Origin: a virus
Taxonomy: Duplodnaviria > Caudoviricetes
IMG/VR virus record: IMGVR_UViG_3300010400_000008
Coordinates: 1-56,745 of that record
Reading direction: 5' to 3' (one strand)
DNA: 56,745 nt
Made by a program: the position numbers and the translations under genes. Under the pieces are notes generated by a model. The model was not told the DNA's origin and did not search any database. It saw only the letters and a list, made by a program, of their open reading frames with translations. Positions 9,198-18,380 of the stretch are shown piece by piece (position 1 is the first letter of the stretch; every line of letters begins with the position of its first letter).

Positions 9198-9553
9198 GCT
9201 TTCTCACCGACGCCTACGACGCCTCCTTCGGCGGCACGTCGTTTATGGAGCAGTTCCCCGGCGGGTACGCGGCCGAGCCGGATAGCGGTGTCGAGGCGAC
9301 CATCATCCACATCCCTGGCGGGAACGTGAACATCATCCAGACGGCCGGGCAGGGCGCGCGGAAGCTGAGCCTGCCGATCGCCTGCGCCGCCAGCGAGCTG
9401 ACCGCGCTGCGCGGCAAGGCCAACAGCGCCACCCGTGCGTCGCTCATCTACCACGCCGGCACGACCAGCGCCCGCCTGCTCCAGGTGACCAATGTCCGCA
9501 AGCAGATGGTCGATGATGCGTACCTGGCCACGCTGGAGCTGATCGTCGGCTAG
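9194..9553 (+). CDS. Distal tail-like protein
   Basis: 119 aa following the tape measure gene, ATGA overlap. Confidence 0.6.
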   Translation: MSFLTDAYDASFGGTSFMEQFPGGYAAEPDSGVEATIIHIPGGNVNIIQTAGQGARKLSLPIACAASELTALRGKANSATRASLIYHAGTTSARLLQVTNVRKQMVDDAYLATLELIVG

Positions 9554-9597
9554 TCCCCCCCCTGCTCTCTCCTGTTTCCCACGGAGCATCATCCCCC

Positions 9598-12500
9598 ATG
9601 GGCGTCACCACCGACGAGATCAACGCGACCTACCAGAATATCGACATCCATGTGGTGATCAGCGGCCGGCACGCCGCGCAGGCCACCGGCGTGGATGTGA
9701 CCATGGGCCTGTCCCAGGTCAACGCCACGGCGACGATCACCGGCGTCGATCGCCCATCCGGCGCCGAGGAGGGCCGCGAGGTCGAGGTCTGGATCGGCCT
9801 CGGCGGCAGCCCCGATCTCATCTTCAAAGGCGAGGTCAGTGGCCTCACCTGGCGCCACTATCCCGGCGAGGTGCCGGTCCAGGCCCGCGATGTCTTCGCG
9901 CGGACACGGATGGCCTGGGGCGGCGAGGACCGTGAGTACACCGACCAGGACGACGCGGCGATCATCCGCAATTTACTCGAGGCGATGGGTATCGGGAGTG
10001 ATGAGGCCAATATCGAGTCGAGCGGCTGGACACTCGGCACGGTGCTGCCGGTCGTCGCGCGCGCGGGACAGCCGTTCTTTTCGCTCATCGAGCGGATCGA
10101 CCGCCTCGCGGGCTATCGGACCTTCACCAACCGCGACGGCAATATCTTGCGCCGGCGCGTGAGCGGGGATGTCGGCGCGGGATCGGGCTGGACCTACGAA
10201 GAGGGCGTCAACATCATCTCCTGCGAGCGGCAGCGCCGCACTGAGGGCATTGTCAACCGCGCGGTCGTCACCGGCCTGACCTTCGAGGGCCTGCTGATCG
10301 GTGGGCCTGGTGTGGCCGAGGCGCAGGCGGATAATCCGTTTATCCCGGACCCACCGCGCTATGTGACAGAAGAATTACAGGACGACCTGATCGAGGACGA
10401 CGCCAAGGCCCGCGAGGTCGCGGCGCGGATCGTCGGCGACAAGAACCGGCGCCCAGAAGTGTTTCGCGTCACGGTCCCCTTCAACCCGCGCATCCAGCCG
10501 CTGAGTATTGTGAAGATTATCCATGACGTGCTGGAGGTCGGGAGCGGATCGCGCTTCGTGGTCGACCAGGTGCAGCACCACGTGACGGCCAGCCCGCCCA
10601 CGGCAACCACAACCTTCACCACGCTCGGCGGCAACATCGTGCCGACCGAGACCAATCAGCCGCCGCTGGCCGCCTTCGACGCGAAAGTCTTCCAGGAGTC
10701 GGAAGACACCGGCATGGCGATCGAGTCGCGGATCGTGGTCATCGCCGATGGTTCGGCCAGTAGCGACCCCGACGGCGACACGCTGACGTATGCCTGGACG
10801 ATCGCGGTGGATGCCGGGACGGTCGATCCCTCCAGCGGCACCGATCCAATTATCCGCGCGGTGATCAGCGGCGCGGCCACATCCGTGACCATCACGCTGA
10901 CCGTGACGGATGGGGGCGGTGCGACCAACGTGCTGACGCGCACGATCCCGATCGTCGCGAGTAGTATGCCGATCGAGCCGCTGTACCTGGCGGTCGACGG
11001 CCTGCTGAAAGCATCAGCGGACGGCGAGGCGACCTGGAATGAGTTCGCGGTCGCGGCCGGGCCGACCTGCACGCCGCCGTTCGCCGCACCCTGGGGGACC
11101 ATCTTCGGTGCCTCCGATGGGCATATCTACATCACCATTGACGACCTGGAGACCGACCCGATCGACACCGGCGCGCCGCACGGCGCGGTGGCCTGCACCG
11201 CCGTCTGGATTCACGAGCTCGACTCGACACGCGGCTGGGCGGCCTTTGACGATGGCAAGGTCTACAGCGGCGTCATCGACTCGACCACGCCCGCCGTGGT
11301 CTGGACCCTGGCCGGGACCATCCCCGATGGGCCGGTCCAGGAGATCCGCGAGGCGGTCGGCGCGCTGGGCAGCCTCCGGGCGACGGCGGGCGCGGGCTAC
11401 TATGCGAGCGAAGACGGCGGCGGCACATGGACCCTGCTCCACACGTTTGATGTCGCCTGGCGGATGGCCGCCGGCTTCGATACCAACCTGGCCAGCGGCC
11501 TCAACTCAACACCGCCGCTGTATGCTGAGACCGGCACACTGCCCACCGTGCCAGGGGGCGTCACCCACATCCGGGGGATCACCTTCGGCTGGCGCGTGCA
11601 GGCGCTCTACGCAACGGATGACGCGGCAAACCTGTATACCACCGATAGCACCTTCGCCGCGCTGACCGCCCACACCGACGTGCTGCCCGCCCAGGGCAAC
11701 CACATGATCCGTAGTGGCTCGATCGACGGCGTGATCTACGCGGCGGTGGGCGACGGCACGGGTGATAACGGCGCGGTGAAGTGGATTCCCGACGTGGCCG
11801 CCCCCTGGTTTGTGCATCGCACCGGCACGGATATCTGCTACGGCATCGGCTATGGCCCGGCGCGCCTGCCCGTGGTCTTAGTGGATTTCGTGTTTGCCCC
11901 CTTCGCCGAGAGCGACCCCGCGAAAGACACCTGGCACCGGTATCAGGACGGCGTGTGGAGCTCGGGGCCGCTGCCCGAATCGGGCTGGAAGTGGACCTCG
12001 CTCAAGGTCCACCCCGCGAACCCGCTGCGCTGGCTGCTGCTGGGCTTCCCACCATCGATCGGCGTGGCCACCGGCGACCGCGGGCCGCACAACGTGGTGT
12101 CCCCAACGTTTGACCCGCTCTGGATCTCGGAGGACGCCGGGCAGACCTGGACCGCGATCACCATCCCCAAGCCGGCGGGCGCGGTCTCCATGGACGACAA
12201 CTACGACCTGAACGCGCTGGCCTGGCAGGAGCAGAGCGGCACCTGGGCGCTGACCGGCCATTCGGGGATGGGCGCGGGCGTCATCTGGTTTGGCAGTGGC
12301 GCCACCTCCACCGGCGCCACCTACACAAGCGACTACGCGCACCTGACCTGGGTGGTGGGTGCGCGGAACGGCCAGTGGATTACCGCGCAGACCGATGCCC
12401 CCGGCAGCGGCACGACCGGCGGTGTCGCGATTGTCGAGCCGAGCGGCGGGCTCTCGCTCGGGCCGTTCTCGCTGGTCGCGCCGTTCGCGCAGCCGTTTGG

Positions 12501-12984
12501 GCCGCTGGATGTGGCAAACGACAGTCGCGGCTTCATCATCACGGGCACGTTCGAAGGCTCAACCCAGGGCATCTTCTACGGCAGCAACTATGCGGACGCG
12601 CCGGGGGTCGACCCGGAGGTGGGCGCGACCGTCGACGGTATCTTCCGCTGGACCCAGCTCATGAGCGATGGGCGCGTGATTGTGGCCAGTGATGACAACG
12701 GGGACGGGGCGGGGTACTACGTCGGCGACGCGACCGCGCTCTTGACCCTGCTGGTCGGCCCGCCGCAGCATCTCACCCCCAAGCCCTACCACGTCCGCGT
12801 GGGGCGGGTCACGCGGCGCCTGGCCGTGGGGTGGGGCGAGAACGGCAGCGGCGACTGGCGCTTCACCGCCTACAACGGCGTCGCGTTCGCTGATATTGCG
12901 ATGCCGATCGCGGGCATGCAGGCCCTCTCGGTTTTGTACGACCAGCCGTATGACATCATCGAGCAGCCGGGGGTGCCGCTATGA
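9598..12984 (+). CDS. Tail hub/tip protein with PKD domain and Asp-box beta-propeller
   Basis: NQPPLAAF..DGSASSDPDGDTLTYAW (PKD); SADGEATW, SEDGGGTW, SEDAGQTW Asp-boxes. Confidence 0.75.
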   Translation: MGVTTDEINATYQNIDIHVVISGRHAAQATGVDVTMGLSQVNATATITGVDRPSGAEEGREVEVWIGLGGSPDLIFKGEVSGLTWRHYPGEVPVQARDVFARTRMAWGGEDREYTDQDDAAIIRNLLEAMGIGSDEANIESSGWTLGTVLPVVARAGQPFFSLIERIDRLAGYRTFTNRDGNILRRRVSGDVGAGSGWTYEEGVNIISCERQRRTEGIVNRAVVTGLTFEGLLIGGPGVAEAQADNPFIPDPPRYVTEELQDDLIEDDAKAREVAARIVGDKNRRPEVFRVTVPFNPRIQPLSIVKIIHDVLEVGSGSRFVVDQVQHHVTASPPTATTTFTTLGGNIVPTETNQPPLAAFDAKVFQESEDTGMAIESRIVVIADGSASSDPDGDTLTYAWTIAVDAGTVDPSSGTDPIIRAVISGAATSVTITLTVTDGGGATNVLTRTIPIVASSMPIEPLYLAVDGLLKASADGEATWNEFAVAAGPTCTPPFAAPWGTIFGASDGHIYITIDDLETDPIDTGAPHGAVACTAVWIHELDSTRGWAAFDDGKVYSGVIDSTTPAVVWTLAGTIPDGPVQEIREAVGALGSLRATAGAGYYASEDGGGTWTLLHTFDVAWRMAAGFDTNLASGLNSTPPLYAETGTLPTVPGGVTHIRGITFGWRVQALYATDDAANLYTTDSTFAALTAHTDVLPAQGNHMIRSGSIDGVIYAAVGDGTGDNGAVKWIPDVAAPWFVHRTGTDICYGIGYGPARLPVVLVDFVFAPFAESDPAKDTWHRYQDGVWSSGPLPESGWKWTSLKVHPANPLRWLLLGFPPSIGVATGDRGPHNVVSPTFDPLWISEDAGQTWTAITIPKPAGAVSMDDNYDLNALAWQEQSGTWALTGHSGMGAGVIWFGSGATSTGATYTSDYAHLTWVVGARNGQWITAQTDAPGSGTTGGVAIVEPSGGLSLGPFSLVAPFAQPFGPLDVANDSRGFIITGTFEGSTQGIFYGSNYADAPGVDPEVGATVDGIFRWTQLMSDGRVIVASDDNGDGAGYYVGDATALLTLLVGPPQHLTPKPYHVRVGRVTRRLAVGWGENGSGDWRFTAYNGVAFADIAMPIAGMQALSVLYDQPYDIIEQPGVPL

Positions 12985-15281
12985 GCTATGGCCCCGCGTT
13001 TGAGGCGCTCTGGGCACAGATCGAGGCGCGACTCAAGCGCTTCGAGAAAGAGGCGCGGGTCAACCTGGGCACGCAGGCCTACGGCAGCCTGCCGCCGCGC
13101 AACCTGCCCCCAGCTGGCGGGGGCGGCGGATCGCCCGGCGCCGTCACGCTCTCCGACGACGACCCCGAGGATGTCACCACCGGCGCGGCCGACCCCGGCG
13201 ACAACGACGACGTCAGCCGCAGCAACCACGTCCACCACTACGACGGCAACGCGCTGCTGCTGCAAGGCCGCGCGCTGGCCGCGACCGCGCCCAGCAGCGG
13301 CGATGTTATCACCTGGGACGCGAGCGGGGGCGGCACGTGGAAGCCCAGCGCGGCGGGCTCGTTCACCAGCCCGCTCACCACGCGCGGCGACATTCTGACC
13401 CGCGACGCCTCGACGCATGTCCGGCTGGCCATCGGCGCAAGCGGGCGCTACCTGCGCAGTGATGGCACCGACCCGTCCTGGTCGCCACTCCTGGCCAGCG
13501 ACCTGACCTACAGCGGGCTCACGACCGGGCAGGTGCTGCGCGCGACCGGCGCGAGTGCCGCCGCGTTCGGCGCGGTCGACCTCGCCAACGCAAACGCGAT
13601 CACCGGCGCGCTGCCGATCGCCAACGGCGGGACCGGGCAGACGGCGGCCAACGCCGCCTACGCGGCCCTGGCGCCGCTGACCACGCGCGGGGATCTGGTC
13701 TACCGCAACGCGACCGTGCCGGCGCGCCTGGCGGTGGGCACGGCGAACCAGGTGCTGATTACGGACGGCACCGATCCGCTCTGGGGCGCGGTCAATTTGT
13801 CGGCCGCCGCCGCCGTGACGGGTATCCTGACGCTCGCGCGCGGTGGGCTCAACGCCAGCCTGGCGGCGACCGGGCCGGGCGTGCTGCGCCAAGCAACGAC
13901 CGGCGCGGCGATCACGGTGAGCGCGCTCAACGCCGCGACGGCCAGTGATGTGGACTTTCAATTCATCACTGGCAGTTCGAACACGGGCGCAACGCTCCAG
14001 TTCAACAACGGCACGGGGCTGCCCGAGTTCAACCCGGTCAACCTGGCGGCCAGCACCGCCGTCACCGGCATCCTGGCGCTCGTCAACGGCGGGACCGGCG
14101 CGAATCTGAGCGCGACGGGCGGGACCAATCAGATGGTCCGTCAAGATAGCGCCGGCGGCGTGTTTACGGTCAGCGTGCTGGCGGCCAATGATATCCCGGC
14201 GCTGCTCAACCCATTCGGGATTCGCGCGGCCCTGGGGTCGGTCGCCAACGGGCTGTATGTGCCCTGGCTCGCGGGTGACGCGCTGATCACCTCCTATTTC
14301 GGGTCGGCCGCGTCGGGTATGAACCATACGGCGATTCTGGCCGAATCGAATAGCGCCACGGCGCTGAGCGCGACATCCGTCACGGGCACGCCGATCATCA
14401 GCTCAGTCAACGACACCGGCACGACCAATCAGGCCATCGCCATGAGCCTGCGCCATGGCACCTCGGGGGCGACGGCCGCCAGCTTCGGCGCCACGCTCAT
14501 CTTCGAGATGCACGACGACGGCCACACGTACCGGCGCGGTGGCAGCATTCGGGCGCTCTGGACGGTGGCGACCGCCGCCGGCTTTAGCTCGGCGCTTACG
14601 TTCGCGACCACCAACGCGACCGTCGCCGCGGAGAAGATGCGACTCAATCCGGGTGGGGCGCTGTGGGTGGGCCTGACCGCGAGTGGACTCACGGGCGCGG
14701 GCGATCTGGAAATCGCGGGGAACTTCAAGGCCGCCGGCGCCACGCCGGTCTTCGGCGGGTTCACGCTGACCGTGCCCGCGACCGGGACGGTGGCGCTCTT
14801 GGGCACGGCGCAGACCTACACCGCAAATCGGACGATCACGGCGACGCTGGACGCGAAGCAGCTGACCCGTATTTTTAACACCAGCGGCTCGACCGGCTAC
14901 GGGCTGCGGTTCGGCGATGGCACCACCGACGTGGGCTCGTTTCAGTCACTCGACACCGGTGCCGCAACCTCATTCTTCTTCTCAGCCAACCGCCAGTTCG
15001 ATGGCACGGCCTGGCAGCAGCTCAACGCGCGGGTTGGCAGCACCCTGCTGATGACCGCGACCGGCCTCGGCTTCCACTCGTTCCCGGCAGCGAGCTCTAC
15101 ACCCACACTGCGGTTCTTTATGTCGGTCGACGGTTGGGTAAAAATCAGCGAGATCACCGCGCCGACCGCGCCCGCAGCCAATGACGTGATTATCTACGCG
15201 GTCGATAACGGCGCGGGCAAAACACAACTGATGGCGCTGTTTAGCTCGGGCGCGGCCCAGCAGCTCGCCATCCAGCCATAG
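12981..15281 (+). CDS. Tail fiber protein
   Basis: Gly/Ala/Thr rich; PLTTRGD x2 and G(A/I)L..ANGGTG-type repeats. Confidence 0.8.
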   Translation: MSYGPAFEALWAQIEARLKRFEKEARVNLGTQAYGSLPPRNLPPAGGGGGSPGAVTLSDDDPEDVTTGAADPGDNDDVSRSNHVHHYDGNALLLQGRALAATAPSSGDVITWDASGGGTWKPSAAGSFTSPLTTRGDILTRDASTHVRLAIGASGRYLRSDGTDPSWSPLLASDLTYSGLTTGQVLRATGASAAAFGAVDLANANAITGALPIANGGTGQTAANAAYAALAPLTTRGDLVYRNATVPARLAVGTANQVLITDGTDPLWGAVNLSAAAAVTGILTLARGGLNASLAATGPGVLRQATTGAAITVSALNAATASDVDFQFITGSSNTGATLQFNNGTGLPEFNPVNLAASTAVTGILALVNGGTGANLSATGGTNQMVRQDSAGGVFTVSVLAANDIPALLNPFGIRAALGSVANGLYVPWLAGDALITSYFGSAASGMNHTAILAESNSATALSATSVTGTPIISSVNDTGTTNQAIAMSLRHGTSGATAASFGATLIFEMHDDGHTYRRGGSIRALWTVATAAGFSSALTFATTNATVAAEKMRLNPGGALWVGLTASGLTGAGDLEIAGNFKAAGATPVFGGFTLTVPATGTVALLGTAQTYTANRTITATLDAKQLTRIFNTSGSTGYGLRFGDGTTDVGSFQSLDTGAATSFFFSANRQFDGTAWQQLNARVGSTLLMTATGLGFHSFPAASSTPTLRFFMSVDGWVKISEITAPTAPAANDVIIYAVDNGAGKTQLMALFSSGAAQQLAIQP

Positions 15282-15285
15282 AGGC

Positions 15286-15636
15286 ATGCAGATGAGCGTG
15301 TACCAATCGAGCGACAGCACCTGGATTTTCTTTGATGGCCTGGTGAAACACACCGGGCTGACAGAAGCGGAGGCATGGATCATGTCACGAGAGCAAGACT
15401 TCATCACGGCGGCGCGCGCGGCCAACAAGCAGATCTGGGACGGCTACCACGCGTTGCGGGCCATGCAGGACGAGTGGAACGCGCTGGACTATGGCACCAA
15501 CCTGGACGACGGCGAAGGATCGAACGCCGGCATCCTGGCGACGGACGTAGGGGCGGTCGTATTCGCGACGACGGACGAGATCAAGCTACGGATTTTCGAC
15601 ACCGGCCATGCCACCAACCTGGCCAAGCTGCTCTAA
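15286..15636 (+). CDS. Hypothetical protein (tail-associated)
   Basis: 116 aa directly after the fiber gene. Confidence 0.65.
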   Translation: MQMSVYQSSDSTWIFFDGLVKHTGLTEAEAWIMSREQDFITAARAANKQIWDGYHALRAMQDEWNALDYGTNLDDGEGSNAGILATDVGAVVFATTDEIKLRIFDTGHATNLAKLL

Positions 15637-15648
15637 GGAGCATCCCAT

Positions 15649-15936
15649 ATGACCACACCCACACCCCAGGTCCAGGCCGTCCCCGACACGCTGCCGGCGA
15701 CGCATCGACTCGTCGGCATCCAGAATCAGATCATCAGCCTGATGGAGCAGAAGGAGAGCCTCCAGGAGCTGATCGAGATCATGCGCGAGATCGGCGACGA
15801 CACGAAGCAGGTCGAGCCGCGCAAGCAGGAACTGATTCGGACGCTGCGCATCCTCAAGCGCTACCGTGCGCGCGAGGCCACGCTCGTCGCCGAGATCAAC
15901 GGCATGTCCGCGCCAGCGGAGGATGCGACGCCATGA
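15649..15936 (+). CDS. Coiled-coil hypothetical protein
   Basis: AAGGAG RBS, 95 aa. Confidence 0.7.
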   Translation: MTTPTPQVQAVPDTLPATHRLVGIQNQIISLMEQKESLQELIEIMREIGDDTKQVEPRKQELIRTLRILKRYRAREATLVAEINGMSAPAEDATP

Positions 15937-16340
15937 CCGCCATGACCGCGCTGCCCGCCGGGCTGTCCTATATCCACCCCGAGATCGGGCACTGTGACCA
16001 CCCGGAGGTGGCCAGCAGCCCGGCGGGCACGTTCATCCTCTTCATGTTCACGCCGGGCGCATACGATCGCGACGGCATCATGCACCTCAACACCGCCGCG
16101 CAGTGCTACATCCTCAAAAAGATCGATCGCGCGGGCGTGGTGCATGAGCTCCGCCGCTGGAAAAGCGCCGACACCGCCGCATGGCTGCGCAGCCACGGCG
16201 CCGATCCTGCCAAAGAGCAGGGGAAGTACGGGCCGTGGGGCCTCGACATCGATGGCGCGGACGTCGTGATCGTGATGAACTATCGTATCAACAGCTGCCA
16301 GACGCTGCTGCCGTGGATCGAGCACGGCCTGGCGGGGTAG
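15933..16340 (+). CDS. Hypothetical protein
   Basis: ATGA overlap, GGAGG RBS. Confidence 0.6.
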   Translation: MTAMTALPAGLSYIHPEIGHCDHPEVASSPAGTFILFMFTPGAYDRDGIMHLNTAAQCYILKKIDRAGVVHELRRWKSADTAAWLRSHGADPAKEQGKYGPWGLDIDGADVVIVMNYRINSCQTLLPWIEHGLAG

Positions 16341-16356
16341 GGCGGCGGGAATCAAA

Positions 16357-16395
16357 AAACAGCCCCGGATCTCGCGAGGAGATCCGGGGCTGTTT
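16357..16395. terminator. Bidirectional intrinsic terminator between convergent operons
   Basis: 17-bp stem AAACAGCCCCGGATCTC/GAGATCCGGGGCTGTTT with an A-run on the left. Confidence 0.85.
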
Positions 16396-16404
16396 GATGC
16401 GCGT

Positions 16405-16920
16405 CTATTCCATCGGCTCACCCACGACGATCGCCCCGCCGCGCACCTCGCCCGCATAGCGCCCGTCCATGAGGTCGCCCAGCAAGTCGCGCGCCCCGTC
16501 GGCGAAGAAGCGCGGCATGGCTTTGCCGACCATGACCGCATAGCCTGCGTCGCCCGTCGCCGGCCGCAGCTCGATCCGGCCGGCCAGGCGCTGCACATCC
16601 AGGCGCAGGGGGCTGCCCAGCGCATACCAGAGGCCGCGCCCGACGTAGATCCGCAGCCGGTCGCGTCCGTCCTTGCCCCACGGCTCGTACACGATTCGCA
16701 CGAACATGGATGGCGCGCGGCCGGGTCCGGCCTGGCGCTTCCGGGGCGTGGCACGTTCAGCGCCGGGCCGGGCCAGCTGGCGCTGCTCGGCTGCGGCGAT
16801 CTGCTCCTGCTCATCAGCAAGCTGGCGTAGCTCAGTGGCGATGGTGCGGCGCTGCGCGGGCGTCGGGCGCCGGCCGAGCATGGTCAGCAGGGTAGCGCGC
16901 AGGGGGCTGTCAGCGGCCAT
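16405..16920 (-). CDS. Hypothetical basic protein
   Basis: GGAGG RBS; last gene of the leftward operon. Confidence 0.65.
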   Translation of the reverse strand: MAADSPLRATLLTMLGRRPTPAQRRTIATELRQLADEQEQIAAAEQRQLARPGAERATPRKRQAGPGRAPSMFVRIVYEPWGKDGRDRLRIYVGRGLWYALGSPLRLDVQRLAGRIELRPATGDAGYAVMVGKAMPRFFADGARDLLGDLMDGRYAGEVRGGAIVVGEPME

Positions 16921-16922
16921 AA

Positions 16923-17261
16923 TCACGCCTCCTGTTTCAGATACCAGCGATTCCAGAGCACCGTCAGCGCCTCGGCAATGCCCTCGGCCGCGGGCTGGCT
17001 GCCCAGCAGCGCCGCGAGTAGCGCCGCCGCCTGCGGCTCGCGCGGGTCGTCGGCCGGGTCGTAGCGCTCGTCAGGTTCCACCGCGCTGGCCAGATTGAGC
17101 ACGGCCTGGCAGGTTGCAGCCTTGAGGGTGGCGCGCGCGGCCAGACCATCCTGCACCAGCTGGCGGACCATCGCCCCACGCGAGAGGCCCTGCGCGACGG
17201 CCTCCTGCTCGATCAGATCGAGCAAGGGGCCGAAGTCGATATCGAGGCGTTGTTGTGGCAT
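16923..17261 (-). CDS. Ribbon-helix-helix (CopG-like) DNA-binding protein
   Basis: QRLDIDFGPLLDLIEQEAVAQGLSRGAMVRQLVQDGL fits the RHH pattern. Confidence 0.6.
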   Translation of the reverse strand: MPQQRLDIDFGPLLDLIEQEAVAQGLSRGAMVRQLVQDGLAARATLKAATCQAVLNLASAVEPDERYDPADDPREPQAAALLAALLGSQPAAEGIAEALTVLWNRWYLKQEA

Positions 17262-17263
17262 GA

Positions 17264-17731
17264 TCAGCTCCTGAAAAAGTCATCGGCCCATTGGAACGCC
17301 ACCCCGGCATCGCGCGCGGCCTGCTCGTCTTCTGGCCGGTCGCCGACAGAGAGCGTGTCGGCTGCTGCATAGGCGTAGCGCGCCATGGCCTCGCGGATCA
17401 TGGCGCCGCTCGGCTTCCGGCGCGCGGCGGCTGCGGGGTCGTTGTAGGGCGCTTTGCCGCGCGCGTCCGCGAAACAGACAAAGACGCTCTCCCAATCGAG
17501 CCGCAGCCGGTAGCACACATCGGCGATCTTGCGCTCCCAATCGGCCTCGGTCACAAGGCCAAACGCCACGCCGCCCTGGTTGGTGATGACGCCGACACTA
17601 TGGCCGGCGTGGCGCAGCTCCGCAAGCTTTCGCCCCCGCCCCGGCAGCGGCTGCCAGGTGTGGTAGTCGCGATCGGGATTGTCCATGTAGCCGCTGATGA
17701 GCGTGCCGTCAAGGTCGAACAGGTACAACAT
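17264..17731 (-). CDS. HAD-IIIA family phosphatase (GmhB / polynucleotide 3'-phosphatase-like)
   Basis: FDLDGTL, ITNQGGV, RKPSGAM, VGDRPED motifs. Confidence 0.85.
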   Translation of the reverse strand: MLYLFDLDGTLISGYMDNPDRDYHTWQPLPGRGRKLAELRHAGHSVGVITNQGGVAFGLVTEADWERKIADVCYRLRLDWESVFVCFADARGKAPYNDPAAAARRKPSGAMIREAMARYAYAAADTLSVGDRPEDEQAARDAGVAFQWADDFFRS

Positions 17732-17784
17732 CTTCGTCTCTCCTGGCGGCGCCGGGGTAGCGCTCGGCGCCGCCACGTTGTCGC

Positions 17785-18246
17785 CTACATCGCCGGCAGT
17801 GTGGCGACGCCGCGCTTGTCGATCCAGGCCGCACAGTGCTCAGCATAGGCCAGCGGGCTGACGCTGCTCGGACGCGCATCCCACCAACCCATCAGGCGCG
17901 GCGCCTTGACCTTGCCCGTGGCCTTCACGATGACTCGGAACTGGCCGCGCACGAAGGTATCGGTGTAGCCGTAGACGATCTCCTGCTCCGGTTGCTGGTC
18001 GTCGGCAACGCAGAGCAGGTAATCCCAGCTCTCCGTCCCGCGCTTGTTTCCGTCCTGGTAGAAGATCGTGAAGACGGTCCCGCTCGGCACGTCATTGCCG
18101 ACATAGCACTGATAGCTGTGGTGATTGTCATGGCCGTTGCGCGCGTGATCTTCGCGCACCACCAGCTTCTCCAGCCCCTTCACATACATCTTGCCCCAGT
18201 TACTGGTGTGGCTCTCCTGCCCGCTGACATACTCGATGCTTGCCAT
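17785..18246 (-). CDS. Hypothetical protein
   Basis: AAGGAG RBS, 153 aa, first gene after a strong promoter. Confidence 0.7.
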   Translation of the reverse strand: MASIEYVSGQESHTSNWGKMYVKGLEKLVVREDHARNGHDNHHSYQCYVGNDVPSGTVFTIFYQDGNKRGTESWDYLLCVADDQQPEQEIVYGYTDTFVRGQFRVIVKATGKVKAPRLMGWWDARPSSVSPLAYAEHCAAWIDKRGVATLPAM

Positions 18247-18350
18247 GGAAATGCTCCTTGCGCTATACTGCGCAGAGCGGCCTCGGCCGCGACGGTGGCG
18301 ATGCTTTGCGGTTCCTAGGCCAGTGGAGCATCGCCATTTCTTATGCACGT

Positions 18351-18380
18351 AGTATATCAGATACTTATCTGATTAGTCAA
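18351..18380 (-). promoter_or_regulatory. Sigma70-type promoter with palindromic operator in the spacer
   Basis: TTGACT-N18-TATACT; ATCAGATA-CT-TATCTGAT at 18356-18373. Confidence 0.75.

Noticed and set aside
13370-14110. Repeats in the tail fiber gene as an invertible or diversifying cassette
   Set aside because: These are same-frame peptide repeats with synonymous divergence, normal for fibers; no flanking inverted sites seen
12870-14327. Long antisense or off-frame ORFs (for example 485 aa here, also 637-1443, 52209-53219, 55699-56691)
   Set aside because: Shadow ORFs expected at high GC; Arg/Gly/Pro-rich, no RBS, opposite clear genes
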